NCBI GenBank assembly: GCA_002269645.1
Contig: NIVC01000047.1
Span: 1 to 26,942 of the forward strand
Source: Macrostomum lignano
Taxonomy: Eukaryota
Direction: 5' to 3'
DNA: 26,942 nucleotides
Shown here: in pieces, positions 1 through 8,916 of the stretch
Numbering within the stretch: position 1 is the first letter of the stretch
Layout of the letters: each line of letters opens with the position of its first letter
Position numbers and translations under genes: made by a program
The notes under the pieces: generated by a model
Database searches by the model: none
Told to the model about the DNA's origin: nothing
Seen by the model: only the letters and a program-made list of their open reading frames with translations

Positions 1-1690
1 TGCACCAAACCAATGCAAGGACTTCCCATTCTATTTGTGAATATTTTTTCTCAGCTTCAATGTCTCGCTCATGTAAAACCACGACTTGACGCTTTCAACA
101 CTCCACCCAGAGCTCGCTGAGAACTGTCCCATTCCATTCAATTGCTTCTTGGGTTGAATATTTGGAGACTTGATTGATTGTAAAGTGCAGCCTGATTTTT
201 TGTCGAATGCTCCTGGCACTCCATTGTCCACAAAATCTTTCGTTTTTCTTCCTTAGCCGGTTGAGTGGCTTGCTCAGTGCAGCTAAGGTTCTGATGAACT
301 TTCCGCTGAAGTTATGGAGACCCAGAAAGGACTCAAGTTCACCGAAATTCTGCGGTGGATTCATGTCCTTCACTTGGCTGGATCTGGTTTCAGTTGATCT
401 CCTTCCAGTAAATACCCAGAAATTCGATTGACCTTTCACGAAATTCACTTTCGCCTTCTGATTTGATCTTTAATCCTTGATGGTTCATTCTGCTGCAACA
501 CTTCCTTCTCTCGACCCGCAACTGATCTAAGCTTTTGCGCTAAGCTTCAAGATGTTCTCCACATCGCAATGACACCTGGTATTTCTTGTAGGACTGGCTA
601 ATGTACGCTGGAAGATCGCGGGCACTGTCCTCACTCCAACGGGAGCCGAATGTCAGCAACTTCGAGATACGTAAACATTGCCGAATTTTGCTGACATGAC
701 TGTGAGCTCTTTAGAAGTGTCATCCAATAGAATCTGGTGATAAGCCTTCTCTAAGTCCAGACGAGTGTAAATCTGGCTGCCGAACGCAGTTGCAATTACG
801 AGTACTTCATCAGGAGCGGGCATCGGATAGGAATCATTGACAAGAGGTCACCTTGTAGTGCACGCAAATTCTCAGCTTTCCAGAAGGACTGACTCTGACG
901 ATTGGTGAAACCCATTCACTGAACTTGATTTGTCTGATTATGCCTTCTTTGAGCAGTTTTGATCAATCTCTTCCTTTACTCCGTCTTAGTGCAAACGGCA
1001 GTTGTCTTAGTTTGCAGTGAATCAGAATGGCCCCTCCTTGATCTTCAGAGTCACTGGTCGAAATTCACCTGACGTGCTGTAGATGCTTTCTGATCAACAG
1101 CATTGAGTGTCAAGTTTAGCTTGTCCTGACGAACAAGAACAAAGTTTCTCTGAGATTCTACGATGTAGAATATGCTTGGGATTGACTCGCCACTGTACTC
1201 CAATTCGTTTCAAGATTTCCAAAAACCTTCACCCGGGTATCGGCATACGCCATCAGTACCGTGTCGGTAGGCTTTAGTCTTGGGTGGCCCACAACCGTTT
1301 CCAGATTGTTTTAGACATGACGGAGACTCCTGCGCCAGCAGCGATCTGCGCATTTACTGTCGACATCGATCCACTAGTCTGCTTTAACTTCACAGGTATG
1401 GTGTAACTTTCTGCTGAATGTCTAATGTGAAAGCAATTCTCACTTCCAGTACCTTCCGTCTCTACAAAACCGGTAGTCTTTGGTCGCGTTGAAGTTCTCC
1501 TGAACCGACTATGAGTAGGCGGACTTTTCTTGTGTCTTGGGCGCTTCAGCGATTTTGATAGCCATGTCAAATGTGACAGTGCTGAAATCCTGTTCCAACA
1601 GCTTGCTGATTGCTACCTGTGGAGTTATGGGTTCTGCGAGGCAAAGTGCTTGTTGTGAGAAGCGTGAAAAGTGAAGCCCTTTGGCTTGCG
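1..1690 (-). mobile_element. pol: Decayed Ty3/Gypsy element B (gag C-terminus, protease, RT), running off the left edge
   Basis: Minus-strand fragments in gag-PR-RT order: AISKLLEQDFSTVTFDMAIKIAEA (~1550-1640), degenerate protease VNAQIAAGAGVSVMS (~1310-1360), RT LDLEKAYHQI-like (~730-770), RT thumb ELESFLGLHNFSGKFIRTLAALSKPLNRL (ORF 95..448). Many stops and frameshifts. Confidence 0.85.
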
Positions 1691-1876
1691 ACAGCGTCCA
1701 TATATTTATATTGTTTAGTGCAGTACATTTATTGAGTCGCACGCAGGAGTGAGATGGGGTGGTGGGTACTAGAATAAATATGATTGGCTAGGCACGCATA
1801 AGAGTGGGGGCGGGGTCACAGGGCTTGCACGTTGACTAAGAAAGTGAATAAAACAAGTTACAGTAACAATCCGACA
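1690..1876 (-). repeat. 3' LTR of Gypsy element A (left boundary approximate)
   Basis: Minus strand reads AGGGGGGAGA (PPT) immediately followed by TGTCGGATTG at 1876. The non-coding stretch continues until element B gag resumes near 1680-1690. No second copy was found in the window. Confidence 0.7.
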
Positions 1877-1886
1877 TCTCCCCCCT
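1877..1886 (-). promoter_or_regulatory. Polypurine tract of Gypsy element A
   Basis: Plus-strand tctcccccct, located between the integrase C-terminus and the TGT LTR start. Confidence 0.8.
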
Positions 1887-1941
1887 AAAGTTCGAAGCGC
1901 GTCAGTCAGTTCGAATAGTCCCTTAGTCAAACTGCAGACGC

Positions 1942-2290
1942 TCAGGTGGCTGCCTCCGACGCTGTGGGTAGCGCCGGGCTGTCGTGGCCGTCTGCGCCCG
2001 GGCAGTCTGCGGCCGCTTCGCTGTGCTCAGCAAGTGGCAGCGCTGCTTCGCCGAAAGTTTCCAGTGGTGGTGCGGGTCCCGCATCCGGCAGCGAGCTCGC
2101 TAGCAGCTGGTCGGCGTGCCGCTGGTGGATAGCGCCGCCGACGTCAACGGCGCAATTGCGGGTTCCGGCAGACACGACGGTTCCCTCCGTCCAGCGGGTG
2201 TCTCCGGCCTTCGCACCGGAGCTGAAGTCGCGCAGCAGAACTTGATCGCCGACTTGAAACTCGCGCGCATGCGGCTGCTGCTCGACCTGC
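1942..2290 (-). pseudogene. pol: Integrase C-terminal (SH3-like) region and low-complexity tail of element A
   Basis: FQVGDQVLLRDF...RWTEGTVVSAGTRNCAVDVGGAIHQRHADQL matches the Gypsy integrase C-terminal pattern. Confidence 0.7.
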
Positions 2291-2470
2291 CGCTCTAGGG
2301 AGGCCCGTCCCTAATCCTGCAATAGGGACGGGCTGATTAAGTCTCCTGACGCGATCCCTCGCTCAGAGTCCGAAGTCTGAGTCCAGTTGACTGACGCCAT
2401 CTTCGGCTCGTTCACTGTGATAATCAGAGTCGCGATCCGGCCTGTAGCACAACAATAGTGGCAGCAGACG

Positions 2471-3110
2471 TTACGCTGTCTTATGAAACTCCGGCCACTT
2501 GCTGAAGGCGTCCACGATGACCAGGTACGTGCGACCGTTAACGGGCCTGGCGAAGTCGAGGTGCAGCCTCGCCCAAGGTTCAGCAACTTGTCCGGTCACC
2601 GCGTTGACTTGACCAAGGATCGTCGGCCAGTCCAGTCTCAGCTCTTTCAGCCAGTCGCGACCCAGTACTGCAACATCGCTTTGCTCGACTACAAGCAGCG
2701 TCAACCGCCGATCTTGGCCGTTGTGCTGAACCGCGAGCTCTGCCTGTCCGATGGGTCGAAAGCTCTCGTCCGTGTAAGTTCGCAGCACCGTGGATGTCGG
2801 CGACAAACGGAGACCCGGCAGAACATCCTCCTGGAGGCTCTTCGGGATGACGGTGAGGGCGGACCCGGTGTCCACCTCGAAGCGACACGGCTTGCCTTGC
2901 AGTTGCAGCTCAACCGCCAGTCCTTTGCTCGATCCGCTCTGCCGGAGGCTAAAGAGTGGCTCCTGCAGCTCGGTCGGCTCGGGATTCACCTTGTGCAGCT
3001 TGGAAGATCTGCAAACTTTTCGGATGTGGCCGACCTTGCCACAGTTGTGGCACTTAGCATCGCGAAGCTTGCACTCCTTGCGATTGTGAGCGCCACCACA
3101 GCTGGCACAC
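2471..3110 (-). pseudogene. pol: CCHC knuckle plus aspartic protease fused in frame to an integrase-core fragment
   Basis: CHNCGKVGHIRKVC lies just upstream of ORF 2471..2989. The ORF has FEVDTGSALTVIP and LGRDWL, then runs directly into EPWARLHLDFARPVNGRTYLVIVDAFSKWPE. Confidence 0.9.
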
Positions 3111-3660
3111 AGCGACTGTGAGGCGCTGGCTGAGCTTGGGGTGCTTGGCGAGAACCCTGCTTCTGCGGTGGCGGCCTGTTATGAAACTGCAGGTGATCCT
3201 CTGGTTCAGCCTTGTGCGTCATCTCCGATGAGGATTTCTCCGCAGTCTCCAAAGAGTCGACCTTAACAACCACAGCTTTGAAGTCGGGTTTGTCGATTTC
3301 CAAGAGCTTGGCGCGGTAAGAAGCGTTGCGAAGGCCGAAAATGAGCTGATCCCGCAGCCTCTCGCATAGGTTTTCCCCGAATTCGATGTGCTCGGAAGCT
3401 GCCTTGAGACCGGCTACGAAGTTAGCGAAGCTCTCGCTCGGCCTTTGGACACGCTGCTGAAAGGGAAATCTGGCCGATAGCATGGAAGTTCTCGCAGCGT
3501 AGTGCTCCCTCAGAATTTTCGACAGCTGTGTGAAATTCTTGGAGACCACAGTATCGGGCTGGCACAAGTTGCGGAGCACTTTTTAGGCTTCTTCCCCGAT
3601 TGCTGTCACCAGGGTGGCCACTTTCGCCTCTTCTCGGACCTCCGAGAACAAAATTCTTGG
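2986..3660 (-). pseudogene. gag: Gypsy gag (capsid) of element A
   Basis: KVATLVTAIGEEA*KVLRNL...FQQRVQRPSESFANFVAGLK...RLRDQLIFGL. The premature TAA at 3583 sits at a position that is usually Tyr, and there is a frameshift before the knuckle. Confidence 0.88.
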
Positions 3661-3699
3661 AGACAAAATATTGCTTGACAAAACTGTTTTCTTCAAAAA

Positions 3700-4606
3700 T
3701 ATTTTTCCCTGCTTCTTTGGAGCAGCTCGGTCTGCCAAGGCGTCATATAACTTGTTGCTGAGCTTAATGAGAAGCAGTTTGTTTTTCGTGTCCTCCTGCC
3801 AGCCGTTGAGTTCACTGCACTGCGAGAATCTATTACCTCTGAAAGTTCGCAGTTTCATCTAATTTTTCGATTTCAAATTGCTGGCCTCTTGAGAGCGCGT
3901 TTGGTGTCGCACCTTGTGCGTTTGATTGCTCCACTGTCGCAACAGCCGACTCGGCCACTTGTACAGATTTCGTGGAAATCGCTGGCGCTGATTTCTCGCC
4001 AGCGGCTGTCTTACCAACTCTTTTGGATGGCGACTTTGTCGGACTTCCAGGCATTTCGGTAGCTGCTGCTTGCAATATGCCCCTGTTGTGCATTGCTAAA
4101 GCCTCAATTTGAGCTTGACAGCTGATGCAGCTCTCAGTCCATTTTATTTGTTTTATTTCTAGTTTGGTCCGTTCGACCTCTTCATATTAACATAACTGAA
4201 CAATCACGTAACTAAATGTCTATGGGGAACATTTATTTCACCCGCATAATTTTCCTGTTCACTTTTTTTTCTTGTTCACTGTTATTCTGCGCTGCGTTTC
4301 CATTGCGACTGCGTCACGCGAAAAGTAAACTGCGCATCACCCAAAATCGTGAGACCTTTCTGCCGGTTGTTCTTTGGGGTCAGCTGTATAGGGCCTAGGT
4401 GGAATTGGAGCGTTGCACGCCTGTCCCGAAACTACTCCCGACCGGCACCGCGTAGTACGCGTGCTGGAGGCAGGTCGAGCTGCTTAACTGACTGCCGCCC
4501 CCCCCCTCTGACCTCGCGTCGTACGCGAGTGGTTTGAGGACCACATTGAGAGTCCGAGCACTAGCCCCAACTCTGAGAGAAAAGACTGGGATCCCTCCTG
4601 TCACCA
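3700..4606 (-). mobile_element. gag: Gypsy 5' leader and a second gag N-terminus (possibly the 5' part of element B)
   Basis: ORFs 3833..4093 and 3583..3858 contain LNGWQEDTKNKLLLIKLSNKLYDALADRAAPKK, a gag N-terminal helix pattern. A PBS-like motif sits at 4591-4606. Confidence 0.55.
4591..4606 (-). promoter_or_regulatory. Putative primer binding site (tRNA-Leu-like)
   Basis: Minus strand TGGTGACAGGAGGGAT resembles the complement of a tRNA-Leu 3' end (TGGTGTCAGGAGTGGGAT, recalled from memory). It lies upstream of gag, but no clear adjoining LTR was identified. Confidence 0.5.
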
Positions 4607-4733
4607 CAGGGCTGAATAAGCGTGCATGACATTAGCGCATGTGTAATTAAGCGCAGGCGTACATATTTCAACTTTTAAACCAACCCATTTTTTCACTCCA
4701 CACAAGCGAATCTCCGCTCACTGCGCTCTGCAG

Positions 4734-6385
4734 GCAGCCAACCTGCAGTGACAGCCACGGCGTGCGGTGTGCGGCCTGCACACGATACGTGCCATGCGAT
4801 CCAGTGCTGCAGCAGATTCTACGAGTACAGAACTGAAAAAATCCTAAATCAGAATTTTCACAGACACAGTTATCATGGAGTTAGAAAACGGCTTTGGTAT
4901 ACTGATGACGGAGTTCACCTCGTTCGGGCGACCAGACCGAGCTCGACCAACGAGCTCAGAGTGAGCTTCAGCTTCCAAGAGAAAGACATCATGAGACGCC
5001 TGAGCACAGTCAAGGGCCAGTTGTTCACACTCATCAAGTTCATCTTCAAGAGACACTTGCCGCTCACTCTGGACACACCTGGACTCAAAACCTACCATGC
5101 AAAGACTCTGCTCTTCGCAATTCTGGAGAAGCATGACTCAAATAGTTGGCGTACTGAGGCTTGGCTGTCCCACAATCTGATCGCTCTGCTCAAGGAGTCT
5201 CTTGACGTGATGCTGAAATTTATGAAGTCAAGGAGGTCGCCCGATGAGTGCATGCCGCACTTCTTCATGCCCGACGCTCCGCTCTACTTCAAGAACGCTG
5301 GAATCGGCGGCGACTTCGACAACACAAAGTCGAGGGTTCGAGATCGACTTTGTGAGCTGAGAAGCGACATCGGCGGAGTGGTCGAGCAGCTGAGGAGACT
5401 CGTGAGACCTCTGCAGTCAGAGAAGTTCTACTTTCACCCGTTCACTCTGCTGCCTCTGACAGCGCCGCCCGCTGTCAGAGAGATCAGGGAAGGAAGTCAG
5501 CATCGAGAAGAAATGTACTACAAGTTTGCAGACGTGTACAGTGTGGTGCACCAGTGTGTGAGCGAGCTGCAGTCGGAATCGAGCGACAGAGACACCCTGA
5601 TGAGGCAGCTCAGTCTCCTGCATGAGCTGCAGTGGTGCAAGTGCGCCGCCCTGTGCATGACCGCCATGGCGCATTTGAAGTTCGGAGAATCTGAGGAGGC
5701 TGAGAGACTCGCGATGGAGCTGCAGAGACATCAGGTTGAGTCAGGGTTGAAGCCACAGGATATTCGTCACCGAGGGTCTGAACATGGCCCAACTGAATTG
5801 CCAGAAGACTCAGACTGGGCGTGGAGGTTCTGCCTCCCCTGCGACTCTCCGCCTCGCTTCCCATTCCTTCCCGAGTTCACGCAGACTCTGTTCACAGCCA
5901 GACTGTTGCAGCCTCTCTCCTCCCACCTGTACGTGAACTTCCGCTGCCTGAGCTGGAGTCTCCAAGCTGAGCTGCTCCGCAATCGCGCACCTGCAATCGC
6001 ATTCGATCATTGGATTGAACAGCTGCTTGGAGACCCGGACTTGGAGGAGCTGCTCACTCTGGCTCACTACAGCGACTGCCGCGAGCACGTGGAGCTCAGC
6101 CTGCAGCAGATGGAGATGATCGAGAAAGAGAGATGCGTCGCCATGGAGACGCAGGACGAGGAGAAGATCGGCTGGGTCAGGCAGAAGCGGTGGCGAGTTT
6201 CGAACCGCAGCGGCAGCGACAGCGGCGCTCACCGCATCAGGGAAGATGAGGAGCGGAGGCTTTGGGCAAGGGCGAGACTGCAGCAAGACTGGGTCGACTT
6301 GGGTCGCCTGGTTGCCATGGAGACTGCAGCGGAGCAGAGAGACAGCTGGACTCATGCCAAGCTCAGTCGGATGAGACTGCAGTGA
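4734..6385 (+). CDS. Terminal coding exon of a Mab-21/cGAS-like receptor (cGLR) nucleotidyltransferase with a long helical C-terminal extension
   Basis: Open 545-codon frame with collinear Mab-21 motifs: HDTCHAIQC (D.VPAI.C), GVHLV, ELRVSFSFQEKDIM (WRLSFS.AEK.L), LIKFIFK, LKTYHAKTLLF (SYHLKT), CMPHFFMP (CPHYFIP). There is no ATG before the motifs. Upstream is a T-tract, a CTCAC branch-like motif and ctctgcag (AG 4732-4733), followed after the stop by an AT-rich 3' UTR-like region. Alternative AGs exist at 4736-4737 and 4747-4748. Confidence 0.85.
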
Positions 6386-6711
6386 CCTGAGGACTTCGTT
6401 GCTCAGATTTCCAAGTTGTGCTGGACTTGAATTTCAGCTCCAATAACTGTGTACTTTTTTGCTAGGTTTACAGACTTTTTTTATTGAATTCAGTTGAGTC
6501 CGTAAGCTTGGTAAATTTTATTGTATTAACTTTTGTTTAATGTATAAAATTGATTTAATATTAAATTATGCTGTAACTATGATTGCGTTTGTCTGCAAAT
6601 TTTCCTTTGTTTCTGCTTTTATGTGCTTTTTAGGAAATGAGCACATCGAGAACCATTGAGTACGAGTAGCCCTCCTGCTATGAATTGCAGTTTTTTACAT
6701 TTGTGATGCTA

Positions 6712-7895
6712 CCTCGGCTGTCCAGAAAGTCGTGAGAATGTATTTAAAAAACCAGTCAGAACTATCAGAAAACACGATAACTGTACTAGTTGGTAATCCA
6801 ATCTCGCCTTGCGTTGATTACAGCTTGGCAATGGTCAACGAGTCGCTGAACCTCTCTTTTTAAGCAATCTTAGCAAGCACAGAACGGGCTGCGTGAGGTC
6901 GCACGTTGTCCCACTGCCAAATAACATCCGACAGGTGAACTGACTTTGACCTGAGAGTACGCCATAGGTCTCCCGTGTGCCGAATGAATTCAACTATGCC
7001 ATCTGCATCAACAGTTTGCTTTGGGGCTGTGGAATTAATGGAGAAGTGTTTGCTTGGAGTGAAAGCAACCAGAAGCATTGTCTTTACATTGCCGACCGAG
7101 TGCCTGACAACCTGGGGCCGATGATCCCCTTGGCCAAGCCAGCACCTGTTGTTTTGCTTTGTGCCAGTGTTGTTCAGGTACACCCACGTCTCATCCTCCA
7201 CCACATACTTGTCGCAAAATTTTTCCACGCCCTCGTTGTAAAAAAGCCTGCGAATTGGCGTGGCACAATTGATGCGAGCATGCAGTCTTGTTCTCCTCGG
7301 AGGGAGCATGTGGAACCCAGACAGCAGAAACGTTTCGAAGGTGCAAATCCTCGGTCAAAATTTCGTGCACTGTTGTTTTTCCAACTTCCAAAAAGTCGGC
7401 GAGGTCTCGGACACTAACTTTTGAGTCCTCTTCAACGAGAGCTCGGCAGGTTTCGATCAGTTCCGCTGTCCTTGTTGACCGTGGCCGATCAGTCCGAGGA
7501 GCTGAAGCCAGGGGAAATGCTTCATCACGGAACTTTGAGTACCATCTGTAAACCGTTGACTGACCTGGTGTGGCATCTCCATAAACTTTGAGCAGCTCGT
7601 CATGACATCTAATAGCGGAGATTCCAAGACGGTATCTAGCGTAGGCATAACCCTGGAAGTCTTCCATTTTGAAGAACTCGCTGTCAAAATTTTCAAGCTT
7701 GATCACTGCGTTGCATTTGCTATTGAGCACTTTATACTGAGCTCGCCCCTGCCCCCAATTTTGCTACTAGAATAACAAGAATTTACACTATAGACATATA
7801 TGAGTCTATTATTGAAATTTTATGCATATCATGTCAACAGCTTGCTGCTTTCTTGCTTGACTGACACATTCTCACGACTTTCCGGACAGCCGATA
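6712..7895 (-). mobile_element. Tc1/mariner (mariner-type) DNA transposon, internally deleted
   Basis: TIR core tcggctgtccagaaagtcgtgagaatgt (6714-6741) versus acattctcacgactttccggacagccga (7866-7893) has 1 mismatch in 28. TA flanks lie at 6710-6711 and 7896-7897, with a transposase remnant inside. Confidence 0.93.
6786..7667 (-). pseudogene. Mariner transposase pseudogene
   Basis: ATG at 7667; HTH region STVYRWYSKF; WVPH motif; frameshift near 7290-7310; DETW and WDNVRPH catalytic motifs; C-terminal LVDHCQAVINARRDWIT. The YSPDL/third-Asp segment is missing. Confidence 0.9.
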
Positions 7896-8340
7896 TACAT
7901 TTATATATCCAGTGCATGCAGAATTTGCTTCTTTCGTTCCCTTTTTAGAATTTTCATAGACATGAGAAAGTTTCCAAAGGTTTTCTAATTTTCTATGTAC
8001 TTCTATTTTGCATTTTCACCTGCGGACATCGACAATTCCCGGAGGAATGAATATTCGGTATATAGCAATGAAGTGAGGTTTTCTCGGCGATTTTGTTCTG
8101 CGGAGTGCAGCCAAATGCAGTTTTGTAGTGCCACATGAATATAAATTGACTCTATACAGGAAAGCAGAGAGATGTGAAGCTCGGTGCAGTGAGCGAGACA
8201 TTGCAGACAAAACAATTTTGAATACAATGCACTAAGGCACTACTCAGTCAGTAGTTAGTGGGAATGCGGTTGCACCTTATTTAAAGCAAGAAGACATTGA
8301 TAGCAAAAAAGAGAACAATGTCTTGGCTGTCCTCAGATCG

Positions 8341-8428
8341 CTACCCTGTTGCTACCCTGTTGCTACCCTGTTGCTATCCGGTTGCTACCCTGTTGCTATC
8401 TGGATGCCATCCCGTTGCCAACCGGTTT
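8341..8428. repeat. 11-bp minisatellite (CTACCCTGTTG), 8 copies
   Basis: Copies 1-3 and 5 are perfect; copies 4 and 6-8 carry substitutions. There are no spacers. Confidence 0.95.
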
Positions 8429-8440
8429 CTGGCCGTATAT

Positions 8441-8634
8441 TTTTTTTATTCACAGCCTTTCTGACCGTCCGGCAAAAATCGACAGCAACCGAAGTTTTGC
8501 CAGTTTGCCTCCAGCGGCCGCCTTTGACTTCCTGGCGCCGACCGAGGCGTCGCCAGTGACCGACGGGTTGCGACTGCTGGGGACACCCGAGGGGAGTCGA
8601 CATCTGCATAACTGGGGGGCGGATGGGACAGCGG

Positions 8635-8668
<34 letters not shown>

Positions 8669-8753
8669 ACATCCGACGAACGATCCTCTTATCGCTACCA
8701 TTGACAGCCAATACGAGAAGTAGATACCTAAAGTGAGTTGGGCTATGACATAA
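8441..8753. mobile_element. Candidate non-autonomous Helentron-type (HINE/DINE-1-like) element
   Basis: T-run start; imperfect inverted pair ttattcacagcc (8446-8457) and ggctatgacataa (8741-8753); internal (GTCT)n microsatellite. Confidence 0.35.
8635..8668. repeat. (GTCT)8 microsatellite
   Basis: Read directly from the sequence. Confidence 0.97.
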
Positions 8754-8817
8754 ATGAAGGAATACGAGTAATATGGGTTGCTCACCTGAAATAATTTATG
8801 GTCAATTTAGCTGATGG

Positions 8818-8916
8818 TAAAATAATCCCCTGGATTCGATTCGCTGTTGAGCTGCTGGGAATCCAGACTGACAGACTGATTCAACAGCAAATCAAATCCT
8901 ACGGGGGATTATTTTA
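8818..8916. repeat. ~100-bp foldback / mini-MITE with ~33-36 bp imperfect inverted arms
   Basis: taaaataatcccctggattcgattcgctgttga (8818-8850) pairs with tcaacagcaaatcaaatcctacgggggattatttta (8881-8916). Confidence 0.8.

Larger units (their letters stand above)
1690..3660 (-). mobile_element. Internally deleted Gypsy element A (gag, CCHC knuckle, protease, integrase scraps, PPT, 3' LTR); RT and RNase H absent
   Basis: Gag, protease DTGS, integrase PWARLHLDF...IVDAFSKWPE and the integrase C-terminal SH3-like region are collinear on the minus strand within ~1.8 kb. Confidence 0.9.

Noticed and set aside
2483-3121. 212-aa plus-strand ORF
   Set aside because: It is the antisense shadow of the GC-rich Gypsy protease/gag and has no motifs of its own.
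4591-4606. tRNA gene (also considered at 21831-21845 and 26253-26264)
   Set aside because: These are short complements of tRNA 3' ends beside retroelement leaders, so they are PBSs, and there is no cloverleaf.
4607-4700. 5' LTR matching 1690-1876
   Set aside because: Only a 7-bp cagggct match was seen; there is no extended alignment.
5417-6355. Minus-strand ORFs of 71-181 aa
   Set aside because: They are antisense shadows of the cGLR exon.
8341-8428. CRISPR-like array
   Set aside because: The repeats are contiguous with no spacers, and the context is eukaryotic.
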